Shown: positions 28,062 through 37,227 of the stretch, one piece after another
Layout of the letters: every line of letters begins with the position of its first letter
How positions within the stretch are numbered: the stretch's first letter is position 1
Virus record (IMG/VR): IMGVR_UViG_3300030330_001508
Span: 1 to 41,358 of that record
Reading direction: 5' to 3' (one strand)
DNA: 41,358 nt
Source of the DNA: a virus
Taxonomy: Duplodnaviria; Caudoviricetes
Translations under genes and position numbers: made by a program
The notes under the pieces: model-generated
The model's input: the letters and a program-made list of their open reading frames with translations, nothing else
The model's database searches: none
What the model was told of the DNA's origin: nothing

Positions 28062-28183
28062 TATATTGATACTCTAATAAATATTAATATGAACCATATA
28101 ATGATAACGTAGAACATCAAATCACTTCCAAGGAAGTCAAATATACGGTCTAGTTTTTCTAGTATGCGGTAGTATAATTTCAT
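28061..28183 (-). CDS. Small membrane peptide (40 aa, MKLYYRILEKLDRIFDFLGSDLMFYVIIIWFILIFIRVSI)
   Basis: Read manually; SD AGGAG, ATGA overlap, C-terminal TM helix. Confidence 0.65.
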   Translation of the reverse strand: MKLYYRILEKLDRIFDFLGSDLMFYVIIIWFILIFIRVSI

Positions 28184-28317
28184 TTGTTCTTACTCCTAGA
28201 CTCACTACGAAAACGTAGTATATCTTGTAATAATAACGTGAATAAACTGCCCATCATCATACATATTGCGATGACAAATATCTCAGTAAATCCACGAAGT
28301 AATTCAACTGTATACAT
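28180..28317 (-). CDS. Small membrane peptide (45 aa, MYTVELLRGFTEIFVIAICMMMGSLFTLLLQDILRFRSESRSKNK)
   Basis: Read manually; SD AAGGAG, one TM helix, basic tail. Confidence 0.7.
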   Translation of the reverse strand: MYTVELLRGFTEIFVIAICMMMGSLFTLLLQDILRFRSESRSKNK

Positions 28318-28416
28318 ATTATTCTCCTTTTGTTACGTTCATTTTAAAAGCTTGTAAGTACGAAGCTTTCTTTGTTAGTAAATTTTTATACGTTTGATTT
28401 GTCCTGATCTACGTAT

Positions 28417-28698
28417 TTATTTTTCCATTTCAAAAAATTCATCTGTAATTAAATCTTGTCTATTATTTTTTATCAATAATTTTAATATAAAATTTTTGTG
28501 CGGGTCTTGGGTCAATTCTGTGCGTTTGCCTCTGCAATAATATTTCTTTTTATTTTCGTCAATTATTGTTTTCGCAGTACGTTTTTTTTGTTTATAAATT
28601 TTGTCCCTTGAAAAAGATTTAGATTTTATTTTTAATAGGGATTTATATTCGTAATATAAGTAAATATGTGAATTAAATTTTTTGATAGAGTTACGCAT
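28417..28698 (-). CDS. Basic hypothetical protein (second early ORF)
   Basis: 93 aa K-rich ORF; no clear SD; start lies within a long-range duplex. Confidence 0.5.
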   Translation of the reverse strand: MRNSIKKFNSHIYLYYEYKSLLKIKSKSFSRDKIYKQKKRTAKTIIDENKKKYYCRGKRTELTQDPHKNFILKLLIKNNRQDLITDEFFEMEK

Positions 28699-28707
28699 TC
28701 GGGTTAT

Positions 28708-29247
28708 TTATATTTCGTTGATTACTTCTGAATCAACGTTTTCTGTTTCGGTTTCAACGACTTCCTTAACCTCGTTGTTTAGGTTTAAACCAAGTTTCAC
28801 CGCTTTTTCAAGTAGTGTTTTTTGATACTCTTTGGCAGTAAAACCTTCCGGCGTACGTGCTGTAAATGTTTCACTAAATTCACGTAGCTTTTGTTTTTTA
28901 TCTAGCCAAAAATATTTTCCATTTATAGAAAATATTTCGTTTTTGTTTTCTCTAACAAACTCCATATGAAGTTCGCTAATACGTTTTTTAAACTCTATCA
29001 TCAAATCAGAATCAGAACCGGTTTTATCCGCTCCGACTTGATATGATGTTATTTGAACGTTATGAGTTTCTAAAACGTCATTAATAGAATCAATTACAAA
29101 TGGTTCTAAAGAATCGTAGTTCAATGCTTTTTTGAATCTATCAAATTGCTTTGACATCATATTCATTTGACTATTTGTTATGATTGCTTTTTTGTCTACG
29201 ACTTTATAGCCTTCGTAGGTTTTGGGCTTGGTTACGTTATTATTCAT
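28708..29247 (-). CDS. First early gene, hypothetical, acidic C-terminus
   Basis: Strong SD GGAGG; first ORF after the early promoter; ends EVKEVVETETENVDSEVINEI. Confidence 0.8.
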   Translation of the reverse strand: MNNNVTKPKTYEGYKVVDKKAIITNSQMNMMSKQFDRFKKALNYDSLEPFVIDSINDVLETHNVQITSYQVGADKTGSDSDLMIEFKKRISELHMEFVRENKNEIFSINGKYFWLDKKQKLREFSETFTARTPEGFTAKEYQKTLLEKAVKLGLNLNNEVKEVVETETENVDSEVINEI

Positions 29248-29338
29248 TTGTTCCTCCGTAAGGATTTGTGAACACGTAACTCTATCGAAATTTTTACGTT
29301 TTTTAAAACTGTTATATATAAGGGCTTCGCCATATCAA

Positions 29339-29374
29339 AAGATAATAATAATAATACTTTAATACAAGTACTTT
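29339..29374 (-). promoter_or_regulatory. Early sigma70-like promoter TTGTAT-17-TATCTT
   Basis: -35 at 29367-62, -10 at 29344-39; AAAGTACTTGT shared with the promoter at 22336-22371. Confidence 0.65.
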
Positions 29375-29421
29375 ATACTACGTATTAAAGATAATTACGT
29401 AATTTGTTGCGCTACTTCGAT

Positions 29422-29463
29422 AGTCTTAATTGCGCCATAAATAGCGCAAAATTAAGACTTTTT
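29422..29463 (+). terminator. Hairpin with T-tail (possible intrinsic terminator for rightward transcription)
   Basis: AGTCTTAAT-TGCGC / GCGCA-AA-ATTAAGACT followed by TTTT. Confidence 0.45.
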
Positions 29464-29535
29464 ACGTACTCATATGTTACTATTAAAATACTATAATACA
29501 CGTATATACAATAAATTAGAGGCACTTTTTATCTG

Positions 29536-29666
29536 ACGTATTGACAGAAAAATTTTACGTAATGGCAGAGAAAATTATCTGCGCTAATCCCTAAAATTAT
29601 TAGTAATGATTCCTAGAAAAACGTAACGTAAAAATTCTAACGTAATTTTTCTAACGTAATTACGTA
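29536..29666. repeat. Iterated ACGTA-core repeats in the divergent non-coding region
   Basis: ACGTATTGACAGAAAAATTTT / ACGTAATGGCAGAGAAAATTA tandem pair, then AACGTAACGTAA, CTAACGTAAT x2, TACGTAA. Confidence 0.7.
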
Positions 29667-29730
29667 AGTCGGGGTGTGGGGGGCATAAAAAAGAGGCGCA
29701 CACATAGCTGGGCTATTTTTTCAAGTTTTG

Positions 29731-29817
29731 GTATATATTATATATATATACTACGTAATAGTATATTAATAGATATTATATATATATATATTATATATAT
29801 ATATTATTAATATATAC
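29731..29817. repeat. (TA)n-rich imperfect palindrome
   Basis: GTATATATTA / TAATATATAC ends around alternating TA tracts. Confidence 0.7.
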
Positions 29818-29899
29818 ACATAAATAAATAAATCAACAAAAAACTTTCGATATAAAACATTTATTTATAATTTATACCATAACTTGATAAAGGAATATT

Positions 29900-30070
29900 A
29901 TGGAAAAACAATTAAAGTCATTTCAAAAAAGATACCTAGAAAGAATAAACCCTAGTTATCTAATGTTTAACAAATCAGAACTACAAACCGAATTATTTAA
30001 AGTTCTTAAATCAAATGAAGAACTTACTTGGTTTATAAAAAAGATAGCTGAAGATACAGAAAGTGTATGA
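29900..30070 (+). CDS. Small hypothetical protein (56 aa, MEKQLKSFQKRYLERINPSYLMFNKSELQTELFKVLKSNEELTWFIKKIAEDTESV)
   Basis: Read manually; SD AAGGA; overlaps the terS start. Confidence 0.65.
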   Translation: MEKQLKSFQKRYLERINPSYLMFNKSELQTELFKVLKSNEELTWFIKKIAEDTESV

Positions 30071-30824
30071 ACGTAAGGTCAAAGGCAAACAAGAGTTTGT
30101 TTTTAAATCTGAAGAAGAGTTTAAAAAATACTTTCCTAATAAAAATCTTGAAAAAAATTGGCGCACCGCACGTAACGGTTCATACACACTTACAGATGAC
30201 GGACAGGTTGTTAGAATTTTAGATAGAAAAAAATTTAATAATAAAACAAATAACTACTACGTGCGAACTTTATTAGGATTACGCAGAGTTAATACAAACG
30301 AAACTCTTTCAGGCAAACCTAGAAAAAATATATATTCTTTTTCATCTGATAAAACTAGCGAACAATCTGTAAGACAAAGAAAAAACCCCACAACTAAAGA
30401 AACACTCTTTGCAAGATACGTTGCAAATGGTGAAGACGTAGTGCAGTCCTACTTAAAAGTATTTAAAACAAATAATGTAGAAGTAGCTAAACAACAATCA
30501 AGAGTATTGCTAAAGCAAGAAAGGATTATAAGTATGATAAGCAAGGAGAACATAGAATCTCTAGACAAAATAGGAATAAATAGAGATTACTTGTTTGAAA
30601 AAACAAAAGAAGTAATAGAAAACCTAGATGGTAGAGATTCTGATAAACTACGTGCGATTGAATTGTTGATGAAAATAAAAGATATGTTTCCAAAAGAAGA
30701 AAAACGTGAAGCTCTTACTGTATTTCAAGGTTTTTCAAGAGAACAACTACAAAAACTAAAAGAAGCAGATGAAATAAAACAAATAGCACACGCAGAAAAC
30801 GTCTTGGAAGAAAGTAATGAGTAG
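30063..30824 (+). CDS. terS: Terminase small subunit with N-terminal extension
   Basis: PTTKETLFARYVANGEDVVQSYLKVF...AKQQSRVLLKQERI HTH and DKLRAIELL oligomerisation helix; upstream of terL. Confidence 0.75.
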   Translation: MYERKVKGKQEFVFKSEEEFKKYFPNKNLEKNWRTARNGSYTLTDDGQVVRILDRKKFNNKTNNYYVRTLLGLRRVNTNETLSGKPRKNIYSFSSDKTSEQSVRQRKNPTTKETLFARYVANGEDVVQSYLKVFKTNNVEVAKQQSRVLLKQERIISMISKENIESLDKIGINRDYLFEKTKEVIENLDGRDSDKLRAIELLMKIKDMFPKEEKREALTVFQGFSREQLQKLKEADEIKQIAHAENVLEESNE

Positions 30825-30954
30825 ATTTAGATTTTCAAGTAGAAAGAAAAAAGAAATAAAACGTATTGATTTTGCATTTGGTCTATTAAAACATCACTAT
30901 GAAGAATTAAATAGCACAGAACCTTGGAAAAAGATAAAGTATTCAATATCATAA
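30817..30954 (+). CDS. Small hypothetical protein (45 aa)
   Basis: Read manually (MSRFRFSSRKKKEIKRIDFAFGLLKHHYEELNSTEPWKKIKYSIS); bridges terS and terL. Confidence 0.45.
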   Translation: MSRFRFSSRKKKEIKRIDFAFGLLKHHYEELNSTEPWKKIKYSIS

Positions 30955-32516
30955 GCCCTTTATCAGAGTTATCTCAAAGAGAAGAGGTATTATCACGTTG
31001 TTTAAACGACCTTATTTACTTTGGACGTGCGTTCTTACCCAATGATTTCTTAAATAAAAGCCAATCCCCACCATTTCACTACGAAGTAGCTAAAAAACTT
31101 ATAACAACAAAACCGGGCGCACGTGTATGTAACATAATGCCTAGAGGTTTTGGCAAGTCTATACTAGCAAAAGCAGCAATATTGCACAAAATATGCTTTT
31201 CACCAGCAGATGAGCGTAATTTTATAGCTTGGGTAGCAGAAGAACAAGGTCAAGCTATTGACCATTTAAAGTATATACGTAATCATTTAGAATCTAATAA
31301 ATCAATACAGTACTATTTTGGACAATTAGCAGGAGATTTAGCTGGTAAACGTTGGACAGAAAAAGATTTAGTCACATCTAAAGGAGATAGAATAATTGCA
31401 AAAGGCACTAGTCAAAGATTGCGTGGACGTACAGAAATAGATGTACGTTATACTGGTATAATACTAGATGACTTTGAGTCAGAACTAAATACTAAAACAC
31501 CAGAACGTAGGTCAGAAATAAAAAAATGGGTTGTATCTACTGTGTACCCAGCATTAGAAGAATCTCCGGGACGTGAGGGTTGGATATGGTTATCTGGTAC
31601 GATTGTACATTTTGATAGCTTTTTGCAAATGACAGTAGATGGATTTAATGATGCAAAACAAAATAATGAGCTATATCCTTGGGATTTAAATTTTTATAGA
31701 GCTATAGAAAATGAAAAACCTATATGGAAAGAACAATTTCCATTATCTAAGTTAGAACGTAAAAAGGCTGAGTTTGCTGAAGCAGGTATGTTAAACAAGT
31801 TTGCGCAAGAATATATGAATGATGCACGTGATGCATCGGCAGCTTCGTTTAGAATAGATAGAATTAATTATCATAATGGTGTATTTAAAAGTGAAGATAG
31901 ATTTTGTTTTTTAGATTGGAAAGGTGAATCAATACCACTAAACGTATATATAGGCGTTGATATTGCAGCAACTGCTACTTCTACTTCAGATTACCAAGTA
32001 ATTGTTGTAATGGGTATTGACTCTAATAAAAATAGATACGTACTTGATTATTATCGTGAACGTATACCAACATTTGATTTACCAGAAGTTATTATACAAT
32101 ATGCACGTAAATACTCTCCTGTTCGTAGAGTTACAATAGAAACTGTAGCTGCTCAAGAAATGGTACGTGATATGACAACTAGACTTGCGTCAGATGATAG
32201 AAGATTGATGCCCGGCATCTTTAAAGGCGTAAAACCTCCTGGTGGAATAAAAAAACAAGATAGACTTGAAACTTCGCTAGGAGCTATAGTAAATTCAAAA
32301 AAATTATACATACGTAAATCTATGACCGAACTGGTTGATGAGATGTTTGAACATCCTGTTTCAAAGCACGATGACTTAATGGATGCGTTGTATTATGCTG
32401 ATTATTTTGCAAAACCACCTGCAAGTGGTAGATTTAAGAAAGGTACTTCAGATACTATATCTAAAGTAAAAAGAAAATTGAAATCATATAACTGGCTAAC
32501 AGGCGCAAGGGTTTAA
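30924..32516 (+). CDS. terL: Terminase large subunit
   Basis: MPRGFGKS Walker A, RLRG, IILDDFE Walker B, FAQEYMN, IGVDIA and HDDLMDAL nuclease motifs. Confidence 0.95.
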   Translation: MEKDKVFNIISPLSELSQREEVLSRCLNDLIYFGRAFLPNDFLNKSQSPPFHYEVAKKLITTKPGARVCNIMPRGFGKSILAKAAILHKICFSPADERNFIAWVAEEQGQAIDHLKYIRNHLESNKSIQYYFGQLAGDLAGKRWTEKDLVTSKGDRIIAKGTSQRLRGRTEIDVRYTGIILDDFESELNTKTPERRSEIKKWVVSTVYPALEESPGREGWIWLSGTIVHFDSFLQMTVDGFNDAKQNNELYPWDLNFYRAIENEKPIWKEQFPLSKLERKKAEFAEAGMLNKFAQEYMNDARDASAASFRIDRINYHNGVFKSEDRFCFLDWKGESIPLNVYIGVDIAATATSTSDYQVIVVMGIDSNKNRYVLDYYRERIPTFDLPEVIIQYARKYSPVRRVTIETVAAQEMVRDMTTRLASDDRRLMPGIFKGVKPPGGIKKQDRLETSLGAIVNSKKLYIRKSMTELVDEMFEHPVSKHDDLMDALYYADYFAKPPASGRFKKGTSDTISKVKRKLKSYNWLTGARV

Positions 32517-34558
32517 TGGAATACGACCAAAAAGCATTATATAACGAAGAATTATTTAAAAGATGGCGAGATGCTAGAGACTCTTGGGATTCTCAAGCAC
32601 GTAAAGATTTAGACTTTTATCTAGGTAATCACTTTACTTCTGATGAGTCTGATGAACTACAATCACGTAATCAGGCAGATATTCCTATGGATAGAATATC
32701 TCCTGCTGTAGAAAAACTAAAATCATTTATGACTGCTAGACCGCCAGTCTTTACTGCTATGCCACGTGAGGATAGCGATGCTAAAATGGCAAAAGTTTGG
32801 CAAACAATACTTGGAGCTATATGGGAAGGCTCAGATGGAGATTCTCAAGTTAAACAAGCTATACACGATTTTTCAACTGTTGGCATTGGATATTTATACG
32901 TATATGTTGATGCCGAAGCTGATATGGGTAGAGGTGATGTAAGATTTGTTCACATCAATCCTTTTAGGGTTTACGTTCCTCCTTCATCAAGAGACAGATG
33001 GTTTGGCGATGCCGATGGAATCATCTTGTCTACTATTTTAACAGGTGAACAACTTGTAAACCTCTACCCTGAATTAGGAGCAACAATAGATAAAGAAACT
33101 GGTGAAGAGTTAGATAGTATCTTAAATGAAATATCTACGTACTCTGATGAAGACTTTCCTAATACTCAAAATAAATTATCAAGAGATGTATATACACCAT
33201 CTGAAACAAAAGATTATGATTACTATCGTGAGAATAAATATCAAGTATTAGAAAGATTTTATAAAAAGAAAGTTACTTTTTACAGACTTATTGATAATCA
33301 AACAGGTGCAGAGTCTATACTAAATGAAGAAGAGTTCTTAATTATATCTGATGAACGTGCTAGTGATTTTGAAAGAAACTTGTTATCATATGAAGCTTTT
33401 ATACAAACAAGAGTTGCAGTAATAGTTACTTGTGGAGAAATAGTATTAGATGAATATCTACTTAATATAAAAGATTATCCTATTGTTTGTTTTCCAAACA
33501 ACTGGACTGAAACACCTTACCCAAGGTCTGATGTATCTAGAGCATTACCAATGCAAAGACTATTAAATAAATTATGGTCACTTGCATTATCACACGCACA
33601 AGCGTCTGCTGGACTAAAACTACTTGTTCCTGTAGGTAGCGCAGTAAATGGATTAGACCAATTAGAACGTGATTGGGCTAACCCTAATGCAGTAATAGAA
33701 GTTGATAGCTCACAAGGAGAACCACATTATCCATCTCCTACTCCACTAGCAGGAGAGTTTTATAGATTAATACAACAATGTGAGTTCTATATAGATTTTA
33801 TATTTGGTATACCAGAAATTATGCACGGTATGGCAGATAAAGCACCAGAAACATTTAAAGGTACGCAACAAATGATTGCGTTAGGTTCTGAACGTAGTAA
33901 ATCAAAACTACGTGATGTAGAACATAGTATTATAAAATTAGGTCGTGTTATCTATGCAATGTCTAAACAACAGTATACGTATAGAAAATATTTTAGAACT
34001 GCATCACCTAATAATGATTTAACAGAAGTTACAATTAATATGTACGATGACGTAACTCAAACAATTATAGATATACATAACATTGAGCAACACGATATAC
34101 GTATAGTACCCGGCTCTACGTTACCTACTTCTAAATATGCAGAACTTAATGTATATTTAGAGGCGTACCAATTAGGTATTGTTGATAAACTTGAGGTTCT
34201 TAAAAAGAATCCAGAAATATTTGATAAAGAAGGTGTAATGCAGAGGTCTGGAGAAATACAACAATTACAAGCAATAAATGCTCAATTACAACAACAATTA
34301 AAAGAATTGCAAGGAGACTTGCAAACCGCCCGAAGGGAGTCTGTAGCTGACAGAAAACGAGTAGAGGTTCAGAAGTTTAAATCTAAACTCGGTAGTGTAG
34401 CAGCAGACGCCAAAGCTGACAAGAGAATAAGTGCTAATGAACTAACAACAAAGGTGAGGCTCGAATCGGAAAGATTACAAAATGCTATCGCACGACAGCA
34501 AGATGCTATGCTCGGTAGTATGGATAGTCCCGTTCCAAATGATGAAGAGACATCTTAA
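32516..34558 (+). CDS. Portal protein (P22-like, C-terminal coiled-coil barrel)
   Basis: Follows terL; DLDFYLGNHF, PMQRLLNK, Q-rich coiled-coil tail. Confidence 0.9.
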   Translation: MEYDQKALYNEELFKRWRDARDSWDSQARKDLDFYLGNHFTSDESDELQSRNQADIPMDRISPAVEKLKSFMTARPPVFTAMPREDSDAKMAKVWQTILGAIWEGSDGDSQVKQAIHDFSTVGIGYLYVYVDAEADMGRGDVRFVHINPFRVYVPPSSRDRWFGDADGIILSTILTGEQLVNLYPELGATIDKETGEELDSILNEISTYSDEDFPNTQNKLSRDVYTPSETKDYDYYRENKYQVLERFYKKKVTFYRLIDNQTGAESILNEEEFLIISDERASDFERNLLSYEAFIQTRVAVIVTCGEIVLDEYLLNIKDYPIVCFPNNWTETPYPRSDVSRALPMQRLLNKLWSLALSHAQASAGLKLLVPVGSAVNGLDQLERDWANPNAVIEVDSSQGEPHYPSPTPLAGEFYRLIQQCEFYIDFIFGIPEIMHGMADKAPETFKGTQQMIALGSERSKSKLRDVEHSIIKLGRVIYAMSKQQYTYRKYFRTASPNNDLTEVTINMYDDVTQTIIDIHNIEQHDIRIVPGSTLPTSKYAELNVYLEAYQLGIVDKLEVLKKNPEIFDKEGVMQRSGEIQQLQAINAQLQQQLKELQGDLQTARRESVADRKRVEVQKFKSKLGSVAADAKADKRISANELTTKVRLESERLQNAIARQQDAMLGSMDSPVPNDEETS

Positions 34559-34572
34559 GAAAGGATATTATT

Positions 34573-35271
34573 ATGCCAGAAGCTAGTGCAGACGCTGTCG
34601 TAGAACAGCAAATCGAACAAGGACAGGAAACATCTGCAAACATAGATGGTGAACAACCTGTAGAAGAACAACAAGTTGAAGCTAATCCACTTGAGGATGA
34701 GGTAAAGAAGTGGCAGTCAATGTATGACAAAGCAAGTGCAGATAATGCAAAATTGCAATCAACCATTACAGAGTACCTCAATATGCAACAAGAAAATCAA
34801 AAACAGGCGCAACAACCACCGCAGGTGCAAATGACCGAGGACGAGTTTAACCCTTGGGATGCATACTACAAACCAGATTCACCGTCATATCAGATGCGAG
34901 TACAAAAAGAACAACAACTAGTACATAATGTAGTAGATAAAGAAATCGGACGTATTCAATCTGAAATGACCTTGAATAACACACGGAACGAACTACGTAA
35001 CAATCATAATATGAATGATACTGATATAAATGAGTTTCTTGATTTTGTATCACAACCAAAATCCAACGTACCAGTAGGTTCTTTGGTAAATCTTTGGCGT
35101 GAACAAACAGGTAGACAAATAAATCAGCAAAACGTACAAGTTCCACAAACGAAACAACCGACTCCACGTACGGCAGGAACGCAGAGCAATCAAGTTCCGG
35201 TACGTAAGTCTAACGAATCGAAAGCTTGGGATAATCTTATGGGAGCATCCAAAGCTGGTAGATTGCCTTAA
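34573..35271 (+). CDS. Capsid scaffolding protein
   Basis: Acidic, Q-rich, KKWQSMYDK coiled coil; between portal and capsid. Confidence 0.75.
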   Translation: MPEASADAVVEQQIEQGQETSANIDGEQPVEEQQVEANPLEDEVKKWQSMYDKASADNAKLQSTITEYLNMQQENQKQAQQPPQVQMTEDEFNPWDAYYKPDSPSYQMRVQKEQQLVHNVVDKEIGRIQSEMTLNNTRNELRNNHNMNDTDINEFLDFVSQPKSNVPVGSLVNLWREQTGRQINQQNVQVPQTKQPTPRTAGTQSNQVPVRKSNESKAWDNLMGASKAGRLP

Positions 35272-35295
35272 CACATAATAGCATAGGAGAATAAT

Positions 35296-36675
35296 ATGGC
35301 TATAACATATAATTCAGGTGGTTTAAAAGCATCTGATATTACAGCCTCAACTACAGCTAGTGATTCTGGCACAGGGGTTGCCCCTGACCGTAGACGGATT
35401 TTTAACTTTGGTGATAGAGTACACGAATTAGCTCCAGAAGAGTCTCCATTCTTTGTATATCTTAGCCAAGTAAATAAAGTTCCTACGGACGATTCAGTAT
35501 TTCGTTACCTTGAAAATAGAAACCCAATTAACTGGACTAATAGAAGTTTCCAATTAGCTAATGCACCCGGTGCTGTATCTGCTGGTTCTTCTTATAGTTT
35601 TTCAGTAGATGATGGTGCTTCGTCTCCAGCTTCTATTGATTGGCTACAAAAAGGTATGGTCTTTGCAGTACAAACTGCTGACGAAGCTACTGGTCTAGCT
35701 AATGTTATTGTTAGAGTTGCATCAGGAGTAACAGACCAAGGAGCTTCTAGCTCTTTTACTGGTCAAGTTATTTCTATCTCTAATACAGGTCCTTCTGGAG
35801 CTGGAACAATAGCTGATAATGACCCTTGTCAAGTAATTGGTACTTCTTTTGAAGAAGGTTCTGGTGCGCCTGATGTTTTCTCAACAGAAATTGAAGATAA
35901 TTATGGATATACTCAAATCTTTAAAACTGCTGCTGAGATGACCGGAACTGCATTAGCAACTAGATTCAGAGGTTATGAATACGAATGGAATCGTGTTTGG
36001 TCAGAAAAACTACGTGAGCATAAAGTAGATATTGAAAGAGCAATGCTCTTTGGACAAAAAGCACGTGTTGGAGGAATCCAATACTCAGAAGGTATAATAG
36101 GTCATATTTTAAAGAATACTGACCCATTGCACGAAAATGAGGCTTTTTCATACTCTTCAGGTAAAGCTTACTATAGAAGAGTAACTGATGCTGAACTTAC
36201 TTATGACAGATTATTAAGTGACCTTGAAGTCATTTTTGACCCTGCTCGTGGTAGTTCATCTGATAAATTAGTACTTTGCTCACTACCTGTTATTTCATTT
36301 TTCAACAAACTAGGTGATGGTAAATTTCTTTCAGCATCAATGAGTCATTCTAATAATCCTTATCAGTATGGACTTGAGTCTCGTACTGGTGAATTTGGAC
36401 ATAAAGTAATGATGATTGATACTGTTCACGGTAGCCTTAACTTAGTTAAAGAGCCTCTATTTAGAGGTATCAGCGCAAGTTATATGCTTATGGCTGATAT
36501 GAGGTACTTAATGTACAGACCTCTTATTGGAAATGGTTTTAACAGAGATACTCAAATAATGACAGACGTACAATCAAAAGATGAAGATTTAAGGAAAGAC
36601 TTAATTATGACCGAAGCAGGTCTTGAAGTTTGTCTTCCTGAGTCTCACGCATTGTACGACTTAGAAGGAGTATAA
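35296..36675 (+). CDS. Major capsid protein (DUF5309/SU10-type)
   Basis: ELAPEESPF, GTSFEEGS, YTQIFKT, EHKVDIERAMLFG, RKDLIMTEAGLEV; strong SD AGGAG. Confidence 0.9.
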   Translation: MAITYNSGGLKASDITASTTASDSGTGVAPDRRRIFNFGDRVHELAPEESPFFVYLSQVNKVPTDDSVFRYLENRNPINWTNRSFQLANAPGAVSAGSSYSFSVDDGASSPASIDWLQKGMVFAVQTADEATGLANVIVRVASGVTDQGASSSFTGQVISISNTGPSGAGTIADNDPCQVIGTSFEEGSGAPDVFSTEIEDNYGYTQIFKTAAEMTGTALATRFRGYEYEWNRVWSEKLREHKVDIERAMLFGQKARVGGIQYSEGIIGHILKNTDPLHENEAFSYSSGKAYYRRVTDAELTYDRLLSDLEVIFDPARGSSSDKLVLCSLPVISFFNKLGDGKFLSASMSHSNNPYQYGLESRTGEFGHKVMMIDTVHGSLNLVKEPLFRGISASYMLMADMRYLMYRPLIGNGFNRDTQIMTDVQSKDEDLRKDLIMTEAGLEVCLPESHALYDLEGV

Positions 36676-36676
36676 G

Positions 36677-37138
36677 ATGAGAAGTGATAAAGCAAATAGT
36701 GCAAGTGGAAAATTTGGCGGAAGGTCAGAAGGCGTAGTATTTTTGCCTGATGCTGCCGCTATATCCATTTCAGCAAATGATTCTGGAAAGATTCACGTCT
36801 GCCCAGATTTAACTGCCGACACTACAATTTCATTACCAACAGCAGAAGTTGGATTATCATACGAATTTTGGTATGGTGGTACAGCCGCTGATGCACAAGA
36901 TTGGTCAATTTCAACAGGTTCTAACAGCAACTTTTATGTTGGTGGACTTGTTCATCACGATACTGATGGTGAATTGGTTAATGTTGTAGATTCAGATAAC
37001 GATAGTAATTCTCTTTTAGGAGTTCTTACTCCTATAGCAGGTACTAAAGTTCATATGGTTTGTGATGGAACAAAGTGGTATGTTAATGGTAACGTAATTT
37101 CTGCTACTAATACAGCAGTTACATTTGGTGATGCTTAA
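36677..37138 (+). CDS. Capsid decoration / fibre-like protein
   Basis: Directly after the capsid gene; DSGK...TISLPTAEVGLSYEF...CDGTKWYV beta domain. Confidence 0.6.
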   Translation: MRSDKANSASGKFGGRSEGVVFLPDAAAISISANDSGKIHVCPDLTADTTISLPTAEVGLSYEFWYGGTAADAQDWSISTGSNSNFYVGGLVHHDTDGELVNVVDSDNDSNSLLGVLTPIAGTKVHMVCDGTKWYVNGNVISATNTAVTFGDA

Positions 37139-37140
37139 TA

Positions 37141-37205
37141 ATCCGAATAAATAAGGATAACAGTTTAATAGTACTGTGGGGAAGGTCAATAAAAGACTTT
37201 CCCCA
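37141..37205 (+). ncRNA. Three back-to-back hairpins after the capsid operon
   Basis: ATCC/GGAT, ACAGT/ACTGT, GGGGAAGGTC/GACTTTCCCC (G-U on the plus strand); no U-tail. Confidence 0.5.
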
Positions 37206-37227
37206 AAACTAAAAAATAAAGGAAACT

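Noticed and set aside
29322-29330. GGC-GAA-GCC mini-hairpin at the early transcript start, reminiscent of N4 virion-RNAP promoters
   Set aside because: 3-bp stem, single copy noticed, and no RNA polymerase gene recognised.
29541-29570. Perfect TTGACA as a rightward -35 box
   Set aside because: No -10 hexamer at the right spacing; it is part of the tandem repeat.
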